Below are positions 30,110 through 39,775 of a stretch of DNA of 64,000 bases, in pieces; position 1 is the first letter of the stretch, and the number at the start of each line of letters is the position of its first letter. This DNA comes from a virus. The notes below the pieces were generated by a model, which did not search any database, was not told where the DNA came from, and saw only the letters and a list, made by a program, of their open reading frames with translations. Both the position numbers and the translations under genes were made by a program. The stretch covers positions 32,001-96,000 of IMG/VR virus record IMGVR_UViG_3300031963_011573; one strand, given 5' to 3'.

Positions 30110-30387
30110 AAAAAACTGATTTAAAAAATACAATCAAAGAGGAAATTAAAAAAGTATTAATGGAGGAAACGAGTAGAACATCTATACCTCTTATCCGTGG
30201 AGCTCTTAATCAAATAGAAGAGAATGGTAAAATAGAAACTATGAATGCTATGCTTAGAAATCTTACAGATGAAGAAGCTAGACAATTCAATTTACTTGTT
30301 CAAAAAGGAATAGGAAAAGAAATTAAAAGGATCCCAACTAATTCCCCAGCAGCTGATCCTCGTTTAACCCCAGGAACAACAGATTAA
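30106..30387 (+). CDS. Hypothetical protein with N-terminal DLKNTIKEEIKKVLME motif
   Basis: ORF track; shared N-terminal motif. Confidence 0.7.
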   Translation: MKKTDLKNTIKEEIKKVLMEETSRTSIPLIRGALNQIEENGKIETMNAMLRNLTDEEARQFNLLVQKGIGKEIKRIPTNSPAADPRLTPGTTD

Positions 30388-30439
30388 CATTTAGAGCAGA
30401 TCTATAGCCTGTTCGTTTAAAAAATATTTTTGGAGTTGT

Positions 30440-30468
30440 AGCCCGATCTTTGGATTCGGGCTTTTTTT
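30440..30468 (+). terminator. Rho-independent terminator overlapping a host-type promoter
   Basis: AGCCCGA...TCGGGCT stem followed by a T-run. Confidence 0.75.
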
Positions 30469-30480
30469 ATTATATATTTA
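30449..30480 (+). promoter_or_regulatory. Bacteroidota-type housekeeping promoter
   Basis: TTTG at 30449-52, 20-nt spacer, TATATTTA at 30473-80. Confidence 0.55.
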
Positions 30481-30496
30481 AAACAAAATAAGAGTT

Positions 30497-30970
30497 ATGA
30501 ATATATTTTATATCAATGAAAATCCGATTATTGCTGCTCGTGAATTAACGGATGATCATATTAGAAAAATGCAAATTGAAAGTGCACAAATGTGTAGTAC
30601 TGCTCATTGGGTAAGTGGTTCAACTGCCCCTTACAAACAATCACATACTAACCACCCATCAGCAAAATGGACAAGAGAATCTATACAACATTATAGATGG
30701 TTAGTTCAACATGGTTTAGAAATATGTGATGAATTTGAAAAACGATATGGTAAAAGACATAAAACAAAAGATGTACTTGAATGGTTACAAAATAACGAAC
30801 CTAATATCCCTGATACCGGATTTGTTAACCCTCCTCAGTGTATGCCCGATCAATATAAATTAGAAGATACTGTGGAAGCGTATAAGAATTTTTATGTTAA
30901 TGACAAGGTAAAAGTAAAAAAATTAGATTGGAAAAAATTAAACAATAAACCAAGATGGATAAACGAATAG
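30497..30970 (+). CDS. Pyrimidine-dimer DNA glycosylase (DenV-related) family protein
   Basis: MNIFY...AA....D.H..KM.IESAQM; YK..H.NHPS.KW; PPQCMPD.YK motifs. Confidence 0.75.
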   Translation: MNIFYINENPIIAARELTDDHIRKMQIESAQMCSTAHWVSGSTAPYKQSHTNHPSAKWTRESIQHYRWLVQHGLEICDEFEKRYGKRHKTKDVLEWLQNNEPNIPDTGFVNPPQCMPDQYKLEDTVEAYKNFYVNDKVKVKKLDWKKLNNKPRWINE

Positions 30971-32256
30971 TAATAGTAGGAGCCGGTGTGGCAGGTGTAA
31001 ATGCTGCAACTAAGTTAGTAGATAATGGATATCCTGGAGAATTAATTACATTAATTGATATGGGTAAAGATCCATATAACCGTAAACCTGAAGAAGTAAT
31101 GACAGGTTTTTTAGGTGCTGGAGGTTGGTCTGATGGTAAATTAACTTACCATACAGCAATTGGAGGACAATTATCAAAATACTGTGGTGAGGATAAAGCA
31201 ATGGAATTAATGGATCAAGTGATTACTAATTTCAAACGTTTTCACCCTAAACCAGAGGAAGTACAATGCTCAAATCCTGAAGCAGAACCTGAATTTATTA
31301 AACCATATTTTGGTTTACGTTTATTTCCTGTATGGCACGTAGGAACAGATTATCTATCTGAAATTGCTAAAAATTGGTATGATTATTTAGTGTCTAAAGG
31401 TGTTAATTTTATTTGGGAAAATAAAGTTCATGATATTAATGCTGAACTTAATTTAGTTCTTTACTATGATCCAATTACAGCCGTTGGTAAAGGAATTTCA
31501 TATGATGAACTTATCTTTGCAGTAGGCAAATCAGGCATTGACTTTGCCCAACAATTAGCTAATAAATATAAACTCCCAGATGAACCAAAATCAGTTCAAA
31601 TTGGTGTTCGATTTGAGGCACCACAAGAACACTTCCAAAAACTAATCGATATATCATATGACTTTAAGTTATATAGAAAATTTGATGATGAAGGTGTTTC
31701 GTTACGTTCATTTTGTACAAACAATAATGCAGCTTATGTTGCTGTAGAGGAAACATATGGAGATCATAGCTACAATGGACATGCAAAGAAAGATGAAGCA
31801 TATAGAAATAATATGACTAACTTTGGTATCTTAATGGAAATTAATGGTATTGAAGATCCATTTAAGTGGTCACGTGATGTAGTAAACAAATTACAATTTA
31901 ACGGAACAGGTTTATATTATAGTCCATCTCGTACACCTTCAACCACATCAGAAGGTAATAACGTAACATCTTTCCAAATTGAATTTTTAGATGGTGTAAG
32001 AGAGATAATGGGTGGTTACTTTAAATATGTAGAGGATTTTATTGAAGATATGAAAAAAGTATTCCCTACATTAGGAGATGATTGGGGGATTTATATACCT
32101 GAGGTAAAATATCTTTCACCTGAGGTTAAAGTAAACTATGAAAACCTTAGTTTGATTGATTATCCTAACGTATATTTTGTAGGTGATGCTTTAAGTGCAC
32201 GTGGTATTACAGTATCAGGAGCCCAAGCGATTTATGTAGCTGAATCATTGCTATAA
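30955..32256 (+). CDS. FAD-dependent oxidoreductase (COG2509-like)
   Basis: IVGAGVAG, GAGGWSDGKL, IGVRFE, RSFCTN, PEVKY, VYFVGD. Confidence 0.85.
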   Translation: MDKRIVIVGAGVAGVNAATKLVDNGYPGELITLIDMGKDPYNRKPEEVMTGFLGAGGWSDGKLTYHTAIGGQLSKYCGEDKAMELMDQVITNFKRFHPKPEEVQCSNPEAEPEFIKPYFGLRLFPVWHVGTDYLSEIAKNWYDYLVSKGVNFIWENKVHDINAELNLVLYYDPITAVGKGISYDELIFAVGKSGIDFAQQLANKYKLPDEPKSVQIGVRFEAPQEHFQKLIDISYDFKLYRKFDDEGVSLRSFCTNNNAAYVAVEETYGDHSYNGHAKKDEAYRNNMTNFGILMEINGIEDPFKWSRDVVNKLQFNGTGLYYSPSRTPSTTSEGNNVTSFQIEFLDGVREIMGGYFKYVEDFIEDMKKVFPTLGDDWGIYIPEVKYLSPEVKVNYENLSLIDYPNVYFVGDALSARGITVSGAQAIYVAESLL

Positions 32257-32274
32257 TATTTATAATAAAATATA

Positions 32275-32757
32275 ATGGCTAAAATAGTACTTTTAAGTTG
32301 CACTAAATCTAAAACACCATATAAAGCACCAGCTCAAGAATTATATTCTGCTTCTCCTATGTTTCAAAAAACGTTAGAATATGGGAAAACACTTAAACCT
32401 GATAAAATGTTTATTTTATCTGCTAAACATCATTTAGTTAATTTAAACCAAGAGTTAGCTCCTTATGATTTAACTTTAAAAGATTTTAACAAAGATGAAA
32501 AAGAAAGATGGGGTGAAGAAGTTTATAAGGAAATAAAACAACGTGGTATAAATCCTGAAAAAAATAAATTTATATTTTTAGCTGGAAATGAATATATTAA
32601 ACCATTATTAAAATATATTCCTGAATCTAATATTGAAAACCCAATGGGTGGTAGAAGATTTGGTGAGAGACTAAAATGGTTAAACAGCCAATTAAATAAA
32701 TTACAAGAAGCATTTAATAAAATTAAAAACTACATATATGAAATTCTCCAAAGATAA
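32275..32757 (+). CDS. DUF6884-like protein
   Basis: IVLLSCTKSK...PAQELY.S..F; FILSAKHHL; PYDLTL; LAG.EY; late motif at 32256-64. Confidence 0.7.
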   Translation: MAKIVLLSCTKSKTPYKAPAQELYSASPMFQKTLEYGKTLKPDKMFILSAKHHLVNLNQELAPYDLTLKDFNKDEKERWGEEVYKEIKQRGINPEKNKFIFLAGNEYIKPLLKYIPESNIENPMGGRRFGERLKWLNSQLNKLQEAFNKIKNYIYEILQR

Positions 32758-33169
32758 AATAAATGAATATATAACATTATATTTAAATGACCTCTCAGAT
32801 TATGGAGATGATGGAGAACATGAATTAGCAGAGTCTATTTTAAACCCATTTAAATCAACTATAGATGAATCCGAAGAGGATGTTTACGGTTTATTAAAAG
32901 AAACAGCTAAAAACTCCCCAGAACATAAACAAATTGTAGTAGAATTTTTAGAATATTTAAAAGAAGTCTCAGGTAATAATAATATTGAAATCAAAAATAT
33001 AGATTATTATCAACAATTGTTAGATATGAATAGGTATTCTTTATCTCAAAGAAAATATCTTCAAGGAATTATCAATTATGCTAAAAAACAAAATGGTTTG
33101 GTAACTCCAAAACAATTTGATATATTACAACGCCTTAAAACAGGGGATTTCAATTACGGTAAAAAATAA
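32738..33169 (+). CDS. Hypothetical protein
   Basis: ORF track. Confidence 0.7.
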   Translation: MKFSKDKINEYITLYLNDLSDYGDDGEHELAESILNPFKSTIDESEEDVYGLLKETAKNSPEHKQIVVEFLEYLKEVSGNNNIEIKNIDYYQQLLDMNRYSLSQRKYLQGIINYAKKQNGLVTPKQFDILQRLKTGDFNYGKK

Positions 33170-33172
33170 TTT

Positions 33173-33703
33173 ATGAAAATAGGTTTTTGTGGAACAATGT
33201 CTGTAGGTAAAACCACTTTAGTTAATGCTTTAAAAGAACTACCAGAATTTAACGATTTTTATTTTGCAACAGAACGTTCAAAATATTTACGTGATTTAGG
33301 TATTCCATTAAATACTGATTCAACAATAAAAGGCCAATTTATATTTTTAGCTGAACGCGCATCTGAGTTACTTAGGGATAAAGTCATAACAGATCGCACA
33401 GTTATAGATGTAATGGCTTTTACACGTTTAGCTGAATCGATTCCATACTATATAGCAGATGAGATATGTCAAGCGGCTTCATATTTAATAGGTGAATATG
33501 ATTATATATTCTACATTTCCCCTGAAGGTGTAGAAATAGAGGATAATGGTGTTAGAACAACAAACTCAGAATATAGAAAAGACGTTGATTTAGAGATTCA
33601 AGGTTTGTTAAGAAAATATCCTCATAAAATAAAAAATTTCACAATTTTAACAGGCAATGTTGAGGAAAGAATACAAAAAGTTAAACAGACGCTATTTTCG
33701 TAA
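33173..33703 (+). CDS. NadR/Ttd14-type AAA_28 ATPase/kinase
   Basis: GTMSVGKTT Walker A, ITDRTVID, EDNGVR motifs. Confidence 0.82.
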   Translation: MKIGFCGTMSVGKTTLVNALKELPEFNDFYFATERSKYLRDLGIPLNTDSTIKGQFIFLAERASELLRDKVITDRTVIDVMAFTRLAESIPYYIADEICQAASYLIGEYDYIFYISPEGVEIEDNGVRTTNSEYRKDVDLEIQGLLRKYPHKIKNFTILTGNVEERIQKVKQTLFS

Positions 33704-33727
33704 TATTTATAAATAAACTATATTAAA

Positions 33728-34630
33728 ATGAAAAAAACTCGTTTACTTGAAATTATACGTGAAGAAATATCTAGTGCTCTAAGAGAAGGTGAAGCTGAAG
33801 AAAAAGCAGCTAAAGCGGCTGCACTTAAAGCTACTGATTTAGAAATTAAAGCTTTGCAAAAGAAAAAAGCTGACATGATGAGAACTGGTGTAGCTGAAGC
33901 TACACTTGAAGAAGATCTTTTAAATGAAACCCCAATCTATGATGTATCTGACATGGAAGGTTTTAAATCAGCTTTAGATAAATTTAGAGATGAGAATGTA
34001 TCAAAAAGTAAAGCTCTTAATCTTTTATTAACTAAATTAGAAGATGAAGGTACAGTTGATACTAATCAATTAAGTAAAGATATGGGGGTTGATACAGCTG
34101 CATTCAATAACCAGGAAATTAGAAAATTTTTAAATCGCCCTGAAGATGAATTTTTTGAAAATCCTAAAACTGGAGAAGAATTACTTGATTTTACACCATA
34201 TTTAACTAAAGCAGATAAAAAAAGAGGTAGAGCAGCAGGCGAAAAAACAACTACTGAACCTAAAATATCAGCTAAATCAAAAAGCACAACATCAACAGGA
34301 ACTAAAGAACCTAAAAAAGCTACTTTAACTAAAGGGGATGATGGATTTGATGATGTAACTTACTCTAAACCTGAAACAACTACTAAACCAAAAGCTACAG
34401 AAACGGACAAAGCAGATGCTGCTGCTTCTAAAACTCCTAAATTAGATAAATTAGCTAATAACCAAGATGCTCTTTTAAAAGCTCAAAAAGAAACCCAAAG
34501 TAAAATGAAAGAACTAGCTGGTAAGATTAGAGGAGCTGAAGGGGCTGAAAGAGAAAATTTAATGGGCGAACTTAAAAAATTAAATAAATTAAATGGAGAA
34601 ATTCAATCTAAATTGGATAAACTATTTTAA
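33728..34630 (+). CDS. Charged hypothetical protein with N-terminal RLLEIIREEISSALRE motif
   Basis: Late motif at 33703-11; K/E/T-rich linker; C-terminal coiled coil. Confidence 0.75.
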   Translation: MKKTRLLEIIREEISSALREGEAEEKAAKAAALKATDLEIKALQKKKADMMRTGVAEATLEEDLLNETPIYDVSDMEGFKSALDKFRDENVSKSKALNLLLTKLEDEGTVDTNQLSKDMGVDTAAFNNQEIRKFLNRPEDEFFENPKTGEELLDFTPYLTKADKKRGRAAGEKTTTEPKISAKSKSTTSTGTKEPKKATLTKGDDGFDDVTYSKPETTTKPKATETDKADAAASKTPKLDKLANNQDALLKAQKETQSKMKELAGKIRGAEGAERENLMGELKKLNKLNGEIQSKLDKLF

Positions 34631-34668
34631 TTTATGAAGTTTTTTTACTACTACATTAACATAATCAT

Positions 34669-34703
34669 GTGTCTGCTTTAATATATGGCAGACACTTTTT
34701 TTT
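34669..34703 (+). terminator. Rho-independent terminator
   Basis: GTGTCTGC-11 nt-GCAGACAC followed by T8. Confidence 0.75.
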
Positions 34704-34710
34704 AAAAATT

Positions 34711-35277
34711 ATGACTATAAAAACTAAAATAATACTCGGACTATCAGCTATATTAACAATATGTTTAATAGCATTATATGGTTTATTTAAATTGTATCAA
34801 CATGAAAAAGAAGAAAGAAAACGATACAATAACAACATGATTGCTCTTGTAGAAGATAAAAGTAAACAACAATCACTCACGTTAAATGAACTTAAAAAGT
34901 TATACCCAAAATATGATTCTTTAGCTAAAGTGCTTAATATCAAAACTAAAAATATTACTGATATAGTAGAAACTAGATACCGTTTTAAAGATTCTATTTT
35001 AACATCTACTATATTAAAAAAAGATAGTATATCTGAAAAAGCATATTTTGCATTAACTGAAAAATGTTATAAATTTTCGGGGTTTATTAAAAAAGATTCC
35101 ATATCATTCACCAATAAAGAATTTAAAGATAATTTAACAACATTTTTATACAAAGATTGGGAGAAAAAATATTTATGGGGACTGTTAAAATTTAACCCAT
35201 TTTATACTTCCAAAGTATATAGTGAATGCATGCAAGATACAATTGCAGTCATTAACAATATAAAAATTAAAAAATAA
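34711..35277 (+). CDS. Membrane-anchored coiled-coil protein, possible inner spanin (start corrected to 34711)
   Basis: N-terminal TM (IILGLSAILTICLIALYGLF) then coiled coil; the ORF-track start falls inside the terminator. Confidence 0.5.
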   Translation: MTIKTKIILGLSAILTICLIALYGLFKLYQHEKEERKRYNNNMIALVEDKSKQQSLTLNELKKLYPKYDSLAKVLNIKTKNITDIVETRYRFKDSILTSTILKKDSISEKAYFALTEKCYKFSGFIKKDSISFTNKEFKDNLTTFLYKDWEKKYLWGLLKFNPFYTSKVYSECMQDTIAVINNIKIKK

Positions 35278-36869
35278 TGGGCCAAGACCTAAAACAGGCA
35301 ATAAGAGAAGAATACATAAAATGCGCTTCATCCCCAGCATATTTTATGAAAAGATACTGCTACATCCAACATCCAAAACGTGGCCGCATTCAATTTAACT
35401 TATACCCATTCCAAGAACGCGTTTTAACTTTATTTCAAGAAAATCCATATTCAATTGTTTTAAAATCTAGACAGCTAGGTATTTCAACACTATCGGCGGG
35501 TTATTCTTTATGGTTGATGATGTTTCACCAAGATAAAAATGTACTTTGTATTGCAACAAAACAAGAAACTGCTAAAAACATGGTTACAAAGGTTAAGTTT
35601 ATGTATAATAACTTACCATCTTGGCTTAAATTTCCAAACAAACCAGAAGAAGAAAATAAATTAACACTTCGATTACCAAACGGTTCCCAAATTAAAGCAA
35701 CTTCAGCCTCTAGTGATGCAGGTCGTTCAGAAGCCGTTTCTTTATTGATAATAGATGAGGCTGCTTTTATTAACAATATAGGTGAGATATGGGCCTCAGC
35801 TCAACAAACATTAGCAACTGGTGGTGGTTGTATTGCATTATCTACACCTTATGGTACAGGTAACTGGTTCCATAAAACATGGGTTGCTGCTGAATTAAGT
35901 GAAAATAGCTTTTTACCTATCCGTTTACCCTGGAGTGTGCATCCTGAAAGAGACCAATCATGGAGAGACCAGCAAGATGCTGATTTAGGTCCTAAAATGG
36001 CTGCTCAAGAATGTGACTGTGATTTTTCCACCTCAGGTGATACTGTATTTTTGGCAGATGAAATAGAATTTTACGAAAAAACATTTATTACAGACCCAAT
36101 CGAAAAACGTGGAATTGATCAAAATTTATGGATCTGGGAACCAGCTGATTATTCAAAAAACTATTTAATTACAGCGGATGTTGCTCGAGGTGATGGAGCG
36201 GATTACTCTACATTTCATATTTTAGATATTGAAACATACAAGCAAGTAGGAGAATATAAAGGACAAATCAGTACAAAAGATTTTGGACATTTACTGGTTG
36301 CAATTGCAACAGAATATAATAATGCTTTACTTGCTCCTGAAAATTCTAGTATAGCTTGGTCAACTATTCAAACTATCCTTGATAGAGGGTACCATAATTT
36401 GTATTATTCACCCAAAAGCAATGCTTTAACAGTTGATAGTTATTTTGACCCATACATGGATCATAGTAAAATGACACCTGGATTTACAATGTCCTCAGCT
36501 ACTAGACCTATTTCAATAGGTAAATTTCAAGAAGCTGTTCGAGATAGAGGTGTTATTATCCAATCAGCTAGACTGATAGAGGAAATGAAGGTATTTATAT
36601 GGAGAAATGGCAGACCAGAAGCACAACCTGGATACAATGATGATTTAATTATGGCATTTGCAATCATGTCTTTTTTACGAGAAACAGCATTTAAACTAAG
36701 ACAAAATGGTATGGAAATGACCAAAAGTATGCTTAACAGTATCCATACTAATAATACAACATATTCGGGAGGTTATTCAAATGCCCAACCAAATAAATAC
36801 AATAACAACCCATTTAAAATAGATAACCCTTATTCAAACGGTCAAGAAGATATTTCATGGCTAATCTAA
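35277..36869 (+). CDS. terL: Terminase large subunit (T4 gp17-like)
   Basis: LKSRQLGIS Walker A, IIDEAAF Walker B, STPYG, QECDCDF, ADVARG and DDLIMA RNase H motifs. Confidence 0.95.
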   Translation: MGQDLKQAIREEYIKCASSPAYFMKRYCYIQHPKRGRIQFNLYPFQERVLTLFQENPYSIVLKSRQLGISTLSAGYSLWLMMFHQDKNVLCIATKQETAKNMVTKVKFMYNNLPSWLKFPNKPEEENKLTLRLPNGSQIKATSASSDAGRSEAVSLLIIDEAAFINNIGEIWASAQQTLATGGGCIALSTPYGTGNWFHKTWVAAELSENSFLPIRLPWSVHPERDQSWRDQQDADLGPKMAAQECDCDFSTSGDTVFLADEIEFYEKTFITDPIEKRGIDQNLWIWEPADYSKNYLITADVARGDGADYSTFHILDIETYKQVGEYKGQISTKDFGHLLVAIATEYNNALLAPENSSIAWSTIQTILDRGYHNLYYSPKSNALTVDSYFDPYMDHSKMTPGFTMSSATRPISIGKFQEAVRDRGVIIQSARLIEEMKVFIWRNGRPEAQPGYNDDLIMAFAIMSFLRETAFKLRQNGMEMTKSMLNSIHTNNTTYSGGYSNAQPNKYNNNPFKIDNPYSNGQEDISWLI

Positions 36870-36879
36870 AAATATAAAC

Positions 36880-38772
36880 ATGGCAGATACTAGATTATTC
36901 TCAAGATTAAAACGATTGTTTTCAACAGACGTAATCATTCGAAATGAAGGAGGTGAGTTGAAAGTAATGGATATTAATAAAATCCAACAATCAGGTGATT
37001 ATGAAACAAATGCCTTAGTTGATAGATTTAACCGAATATACACTAACTCACATACCTCAATTTATGGTTACCAAAGCAGCTTTAACTATCAAACTCTACG
37101 CCCCACTCTTTACTCAGAATATGATGCTATGGACACAGATGCTATCGTTGCCTCTGCGTTAGATATTTTAGCTGATGAATGTACTTTACGTAATGATATG
37201 GGTGAAGTACTCCAAATTAGAAGTTCAGACGAGGATGTTCAACGTGCTTTATATAATTTGTTCTATGATGTATTGAACGTTGAATTTAACTTATGGCCTT
37301 GGATTCGTAATATGTTGAAATACGGTGATTTCTTTTTAAAACTAGAAATTTCCGAAAAATTTGGTGTATATAATGTAATTCCTTACAATGCATTTCATAT
37401 TGAAAGACAAGACGGATATGATAAAGATCATCCAAATGATATAAGATTCAGATTTGATCCAGATGGAATTTCATCCCCATCAAATTATGGATACTATAAC
37501 GTACCAAACTCTGCAAATCAATCAAACGATATATATTTTGACAATTACGAAATGGCTCATTTCCGTTTATTAACGGACACTAACTTTTTACCTTATGGTA
37601 GATCATATCTTGAACCAGGCCGTAAGTTATTTAAGCAATATACGATGATGGAAGATGCGATGTTAATTCACCGTATCGTTAGAGCACCTGAAAAACGTAT
37701 ATTCTCAATTAATGTTGGTAATATTGCTCCTGCTGAAGTAGAAAACTTTATGCAGAAAACAATATCCAAAATGAAACGTACTCCATATATTGATCAACAA
37801 ACAGGTGATTATAACTTAAAGTACAATATGCAAAACTTGCTTGAGGACTTTTACATCCCAGTTAGAGGAAACGATCAAGCAACCAAAATTGATACTTTAG
37901 GTGGTTTACAATACGATGGTATTACAGATGTAGAATATTTAAGAGACAAATTATTTGCTGCCCTTAAAGTTCCAAAAGCGTTTATGGGGTATGAAAAAGA
38001 TTTAACTGGTAAGGCAACATTAGCTGCTGAAGACATTCGTTTTGCTCGTACAATTGAACGCATTCAACGTATTGTTGTATCTGAATTAACTAAAATTGCT
38101 CTAGTTCATTTATATACTCAAGGATACACTGATGAGAATTTAACTAATTTTGAACTTTCATTAACTACACCTTCAATCATATATGACCAAGAAAGAGTAG
38201 CATTGATGAAAGAAAAAACAGAATTAGCTATCTCAATGATAGAAAATAAATTGATGCCTTCTGATTGGATATATGAAAATTTATTCCATTTAAGTGAAGA
38301 TCAATACGATGAATATAGAGACTTGATTCTTCAAGATGCTAAACGTAAATTCCGTGTAACTCAAATTGAAAACGAAGGTAATGATCCACTTGAAACAGGT
38401 AAATCTTACGGTACACCACATGATTTAGCTTCTTTATATGGAAGAGGAAGATATGAAGGCGAAGTACCTGAAGGATATGATGAAAAAGAACCATTAGGAA
38501 GACCAAAAGAAAAAGTAACAGATCGAAACACTCAAGATAGTGTTTTTGGAAAAGATAGAATAGGAGCTATAGGAGCTAAAGTAGATGGAGATGAATCAAA
38601 CTCAACTAAACCAGAATATAAAGGTGGATCTCCATTAGCACTTGAAACTAAAATTAAACGAAACAAAAATAGTAAAATGTTTAATAACATTAAAAATCAA
38701 AAGAAACAAATTATTTTTGAATCGGATATTAGAGGAAATTCATTGTTAGATGAATCACAAATACGAGAGTAA
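36880..38772 (+). CDS. gp20: Portal protein (T4 gp20-like)
   Basis: MMEDAMLIHRIVRAPEKRIF.INVGN, EDFYIP.R, IDTL.G, LKVPK motifs. Confidence 0.93.
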   Translation: MADTRLFSRLKRLFSTDVIIRNEGGELKVMDINKIQQSGDYETNALVDRFNRIYTNSHTSIYGYQSSFNYQTLRPTLYSEYDAMDTDAIVASALDILADECTLRNDMGEVLQIRSSDEDVQRALYNLFYDVLNVEFNLWPWIRNMLKYGDFFLKLEISEKFGVYNVIPYNAFHIERQDGYDKDHPNDIRFRFDPDGISSPSNYGYYNVPNSANQSNDIYFDNYEMAHFRLLTDTNFLPYGRSYLEPGRKLFKQYTMMEDAMLIHRIVRAPEKRIFSINVGNIAPAEVENFMQKTISKMKRTPYIDQQTGDYNLKYNMQNLLEDFYIPVRGNDQATKIDTLGGLQYDGITDVEYLRDKLFAALKVPKAFMGYEKDLTGKATLAAEDIRFARTIERIQRIVVSELTKIALVHLYTQGYTDENLTNFELSLTTPSIIYDQERVALMKEKTELAISMIENKLMPSDWIYENLFHLSEDQYDEYRDLILQDAKRKFRVTQIENEGNDPLETGKSYGTPHDLASLYGRGRYEGEVPEGYDEKEPLGRPKEKVTDRNTQDSVFGKDRIGAIGAKVDGDESNSTKPEYKGGSPLALETKIKRNKNSKMFNNIKNQKKQIIFESDIRGNSLLDESQIRE

Positions 38773-38806
38773 CAAATTTTTATATATTTATAAATAAACA
38801 AACATT

Positions 38807-38914
38807 ATGGCTTATATTTATAGACATGTTACTTCTGAAAATATTCCTTTTTATATAGGAATTGGGAGTGATAAAAAATATAAAAGAGCATACAAATACA
38901 TTTGGAAAAAATAA
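38807..38914 (+). pseudogene. Internally deleted GIY-YIG homing-endonuclease remnant (35 aa)
   Basis: MAYIYRHVTSENIPFYIGIGSDKKYKRAYKYIWKK*: a GIY-YIG-type start joined to a NUMOD1-like terminal AY.YIWK. Confidence 0.6.
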
Positions 38915-38917
38915 AAT

Positions 38918-39775
38918 ATGTTAATTCGTCATTCAAAATATAAAAATACGGGTATACTTTTTGAACTTTTAGTTCGTCAAATTACCACTGATACACTAGA
39001 CGGTAAAGATTCCCCTGCAAAAGATATACTTAAAAAATATTTCGTTAAAACGGAATTGGGTCGTGAATATAGGTTATATGAAACGTTACTTAAAAAAACA
39101 TCCCTTACAGAAACTAAAGCAAATATTGTAGTTTCTACTTTAACTGAATCATCTAAAAGTTTAAATAGAGGGGTAATTAAAAGACAAAAATATAATTTGA
39201 TTAGTGAAATTCAAAAACATTATGATTTAAATGAATTTTTTAATCATAAACTTCCTAATTACAAAGTATATGCTGCTTTTTATACATTGTTAGAAATTAC
39301 CCATTCTCAAACCTCTATTAATCCTGAACAAACTATCACAAATAAAGTTACTATTTTAGAGCATTTAACAGCTGCTCAAATTAAAGAAAGTGCTGTTCGT
39401 GATGAAGTTTTAACAGAACTAGACAACTCAGATAAAGATGTTAAGTTTCTTGCATATAAAATATTAATGGAGAAATTTAATAACAAATACGATGATTTAA
39501 GCCTAAACCAAAAAATCATCCTTAAAGAATACATCAATTCAGTAGATAATACATCTCGCTTAAAAGAATTTTACACAGATAAAATAAACGAGATTAAAGT
39601 TGAATTAAAAAAATTAAACAACAAAACAAACAACCCAGTTACAAAAATTAAAATTAACGAGATTATCTCTGTTATCAATCCACCAGCAAAAAATGCTAAA
39701 ATAACAGATAATGATTTAGTTGATTTACTACAGTATTGTGATTTAATCAATGAATTAGAAACTGTAAATGGATAA
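38918..39775 (+). CDS. Hypothetical head-module protein
   Basis: HSKYKNTGILFELLVRQIT start; lies between portal and protease. Confidence 0.7.
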   Translation: MLIRHSKYKNTGILFELLVRQITTDTLDGKDSPAKDILKKYFVKTELGREYRLYETLLKKTSLTETKANIVVSTLTESSKSLNRGVIKRQKYNLISEIQKHYDLNEFFNHKLPNYKVYAAFYTLLEITHSQTSINPEQTITNKVTILEHLTAAQIKESAVRDEVLTELDNSDKDVKFLAYKILMEKFNNKYDDLSLNQKIILKEYINSVDNTSRLKEFYTDKINEIKVELKKLNNKTNNPVTKIKINEIISVINPPAKNAKITDNDLVDLLQYCDLINELETVNG

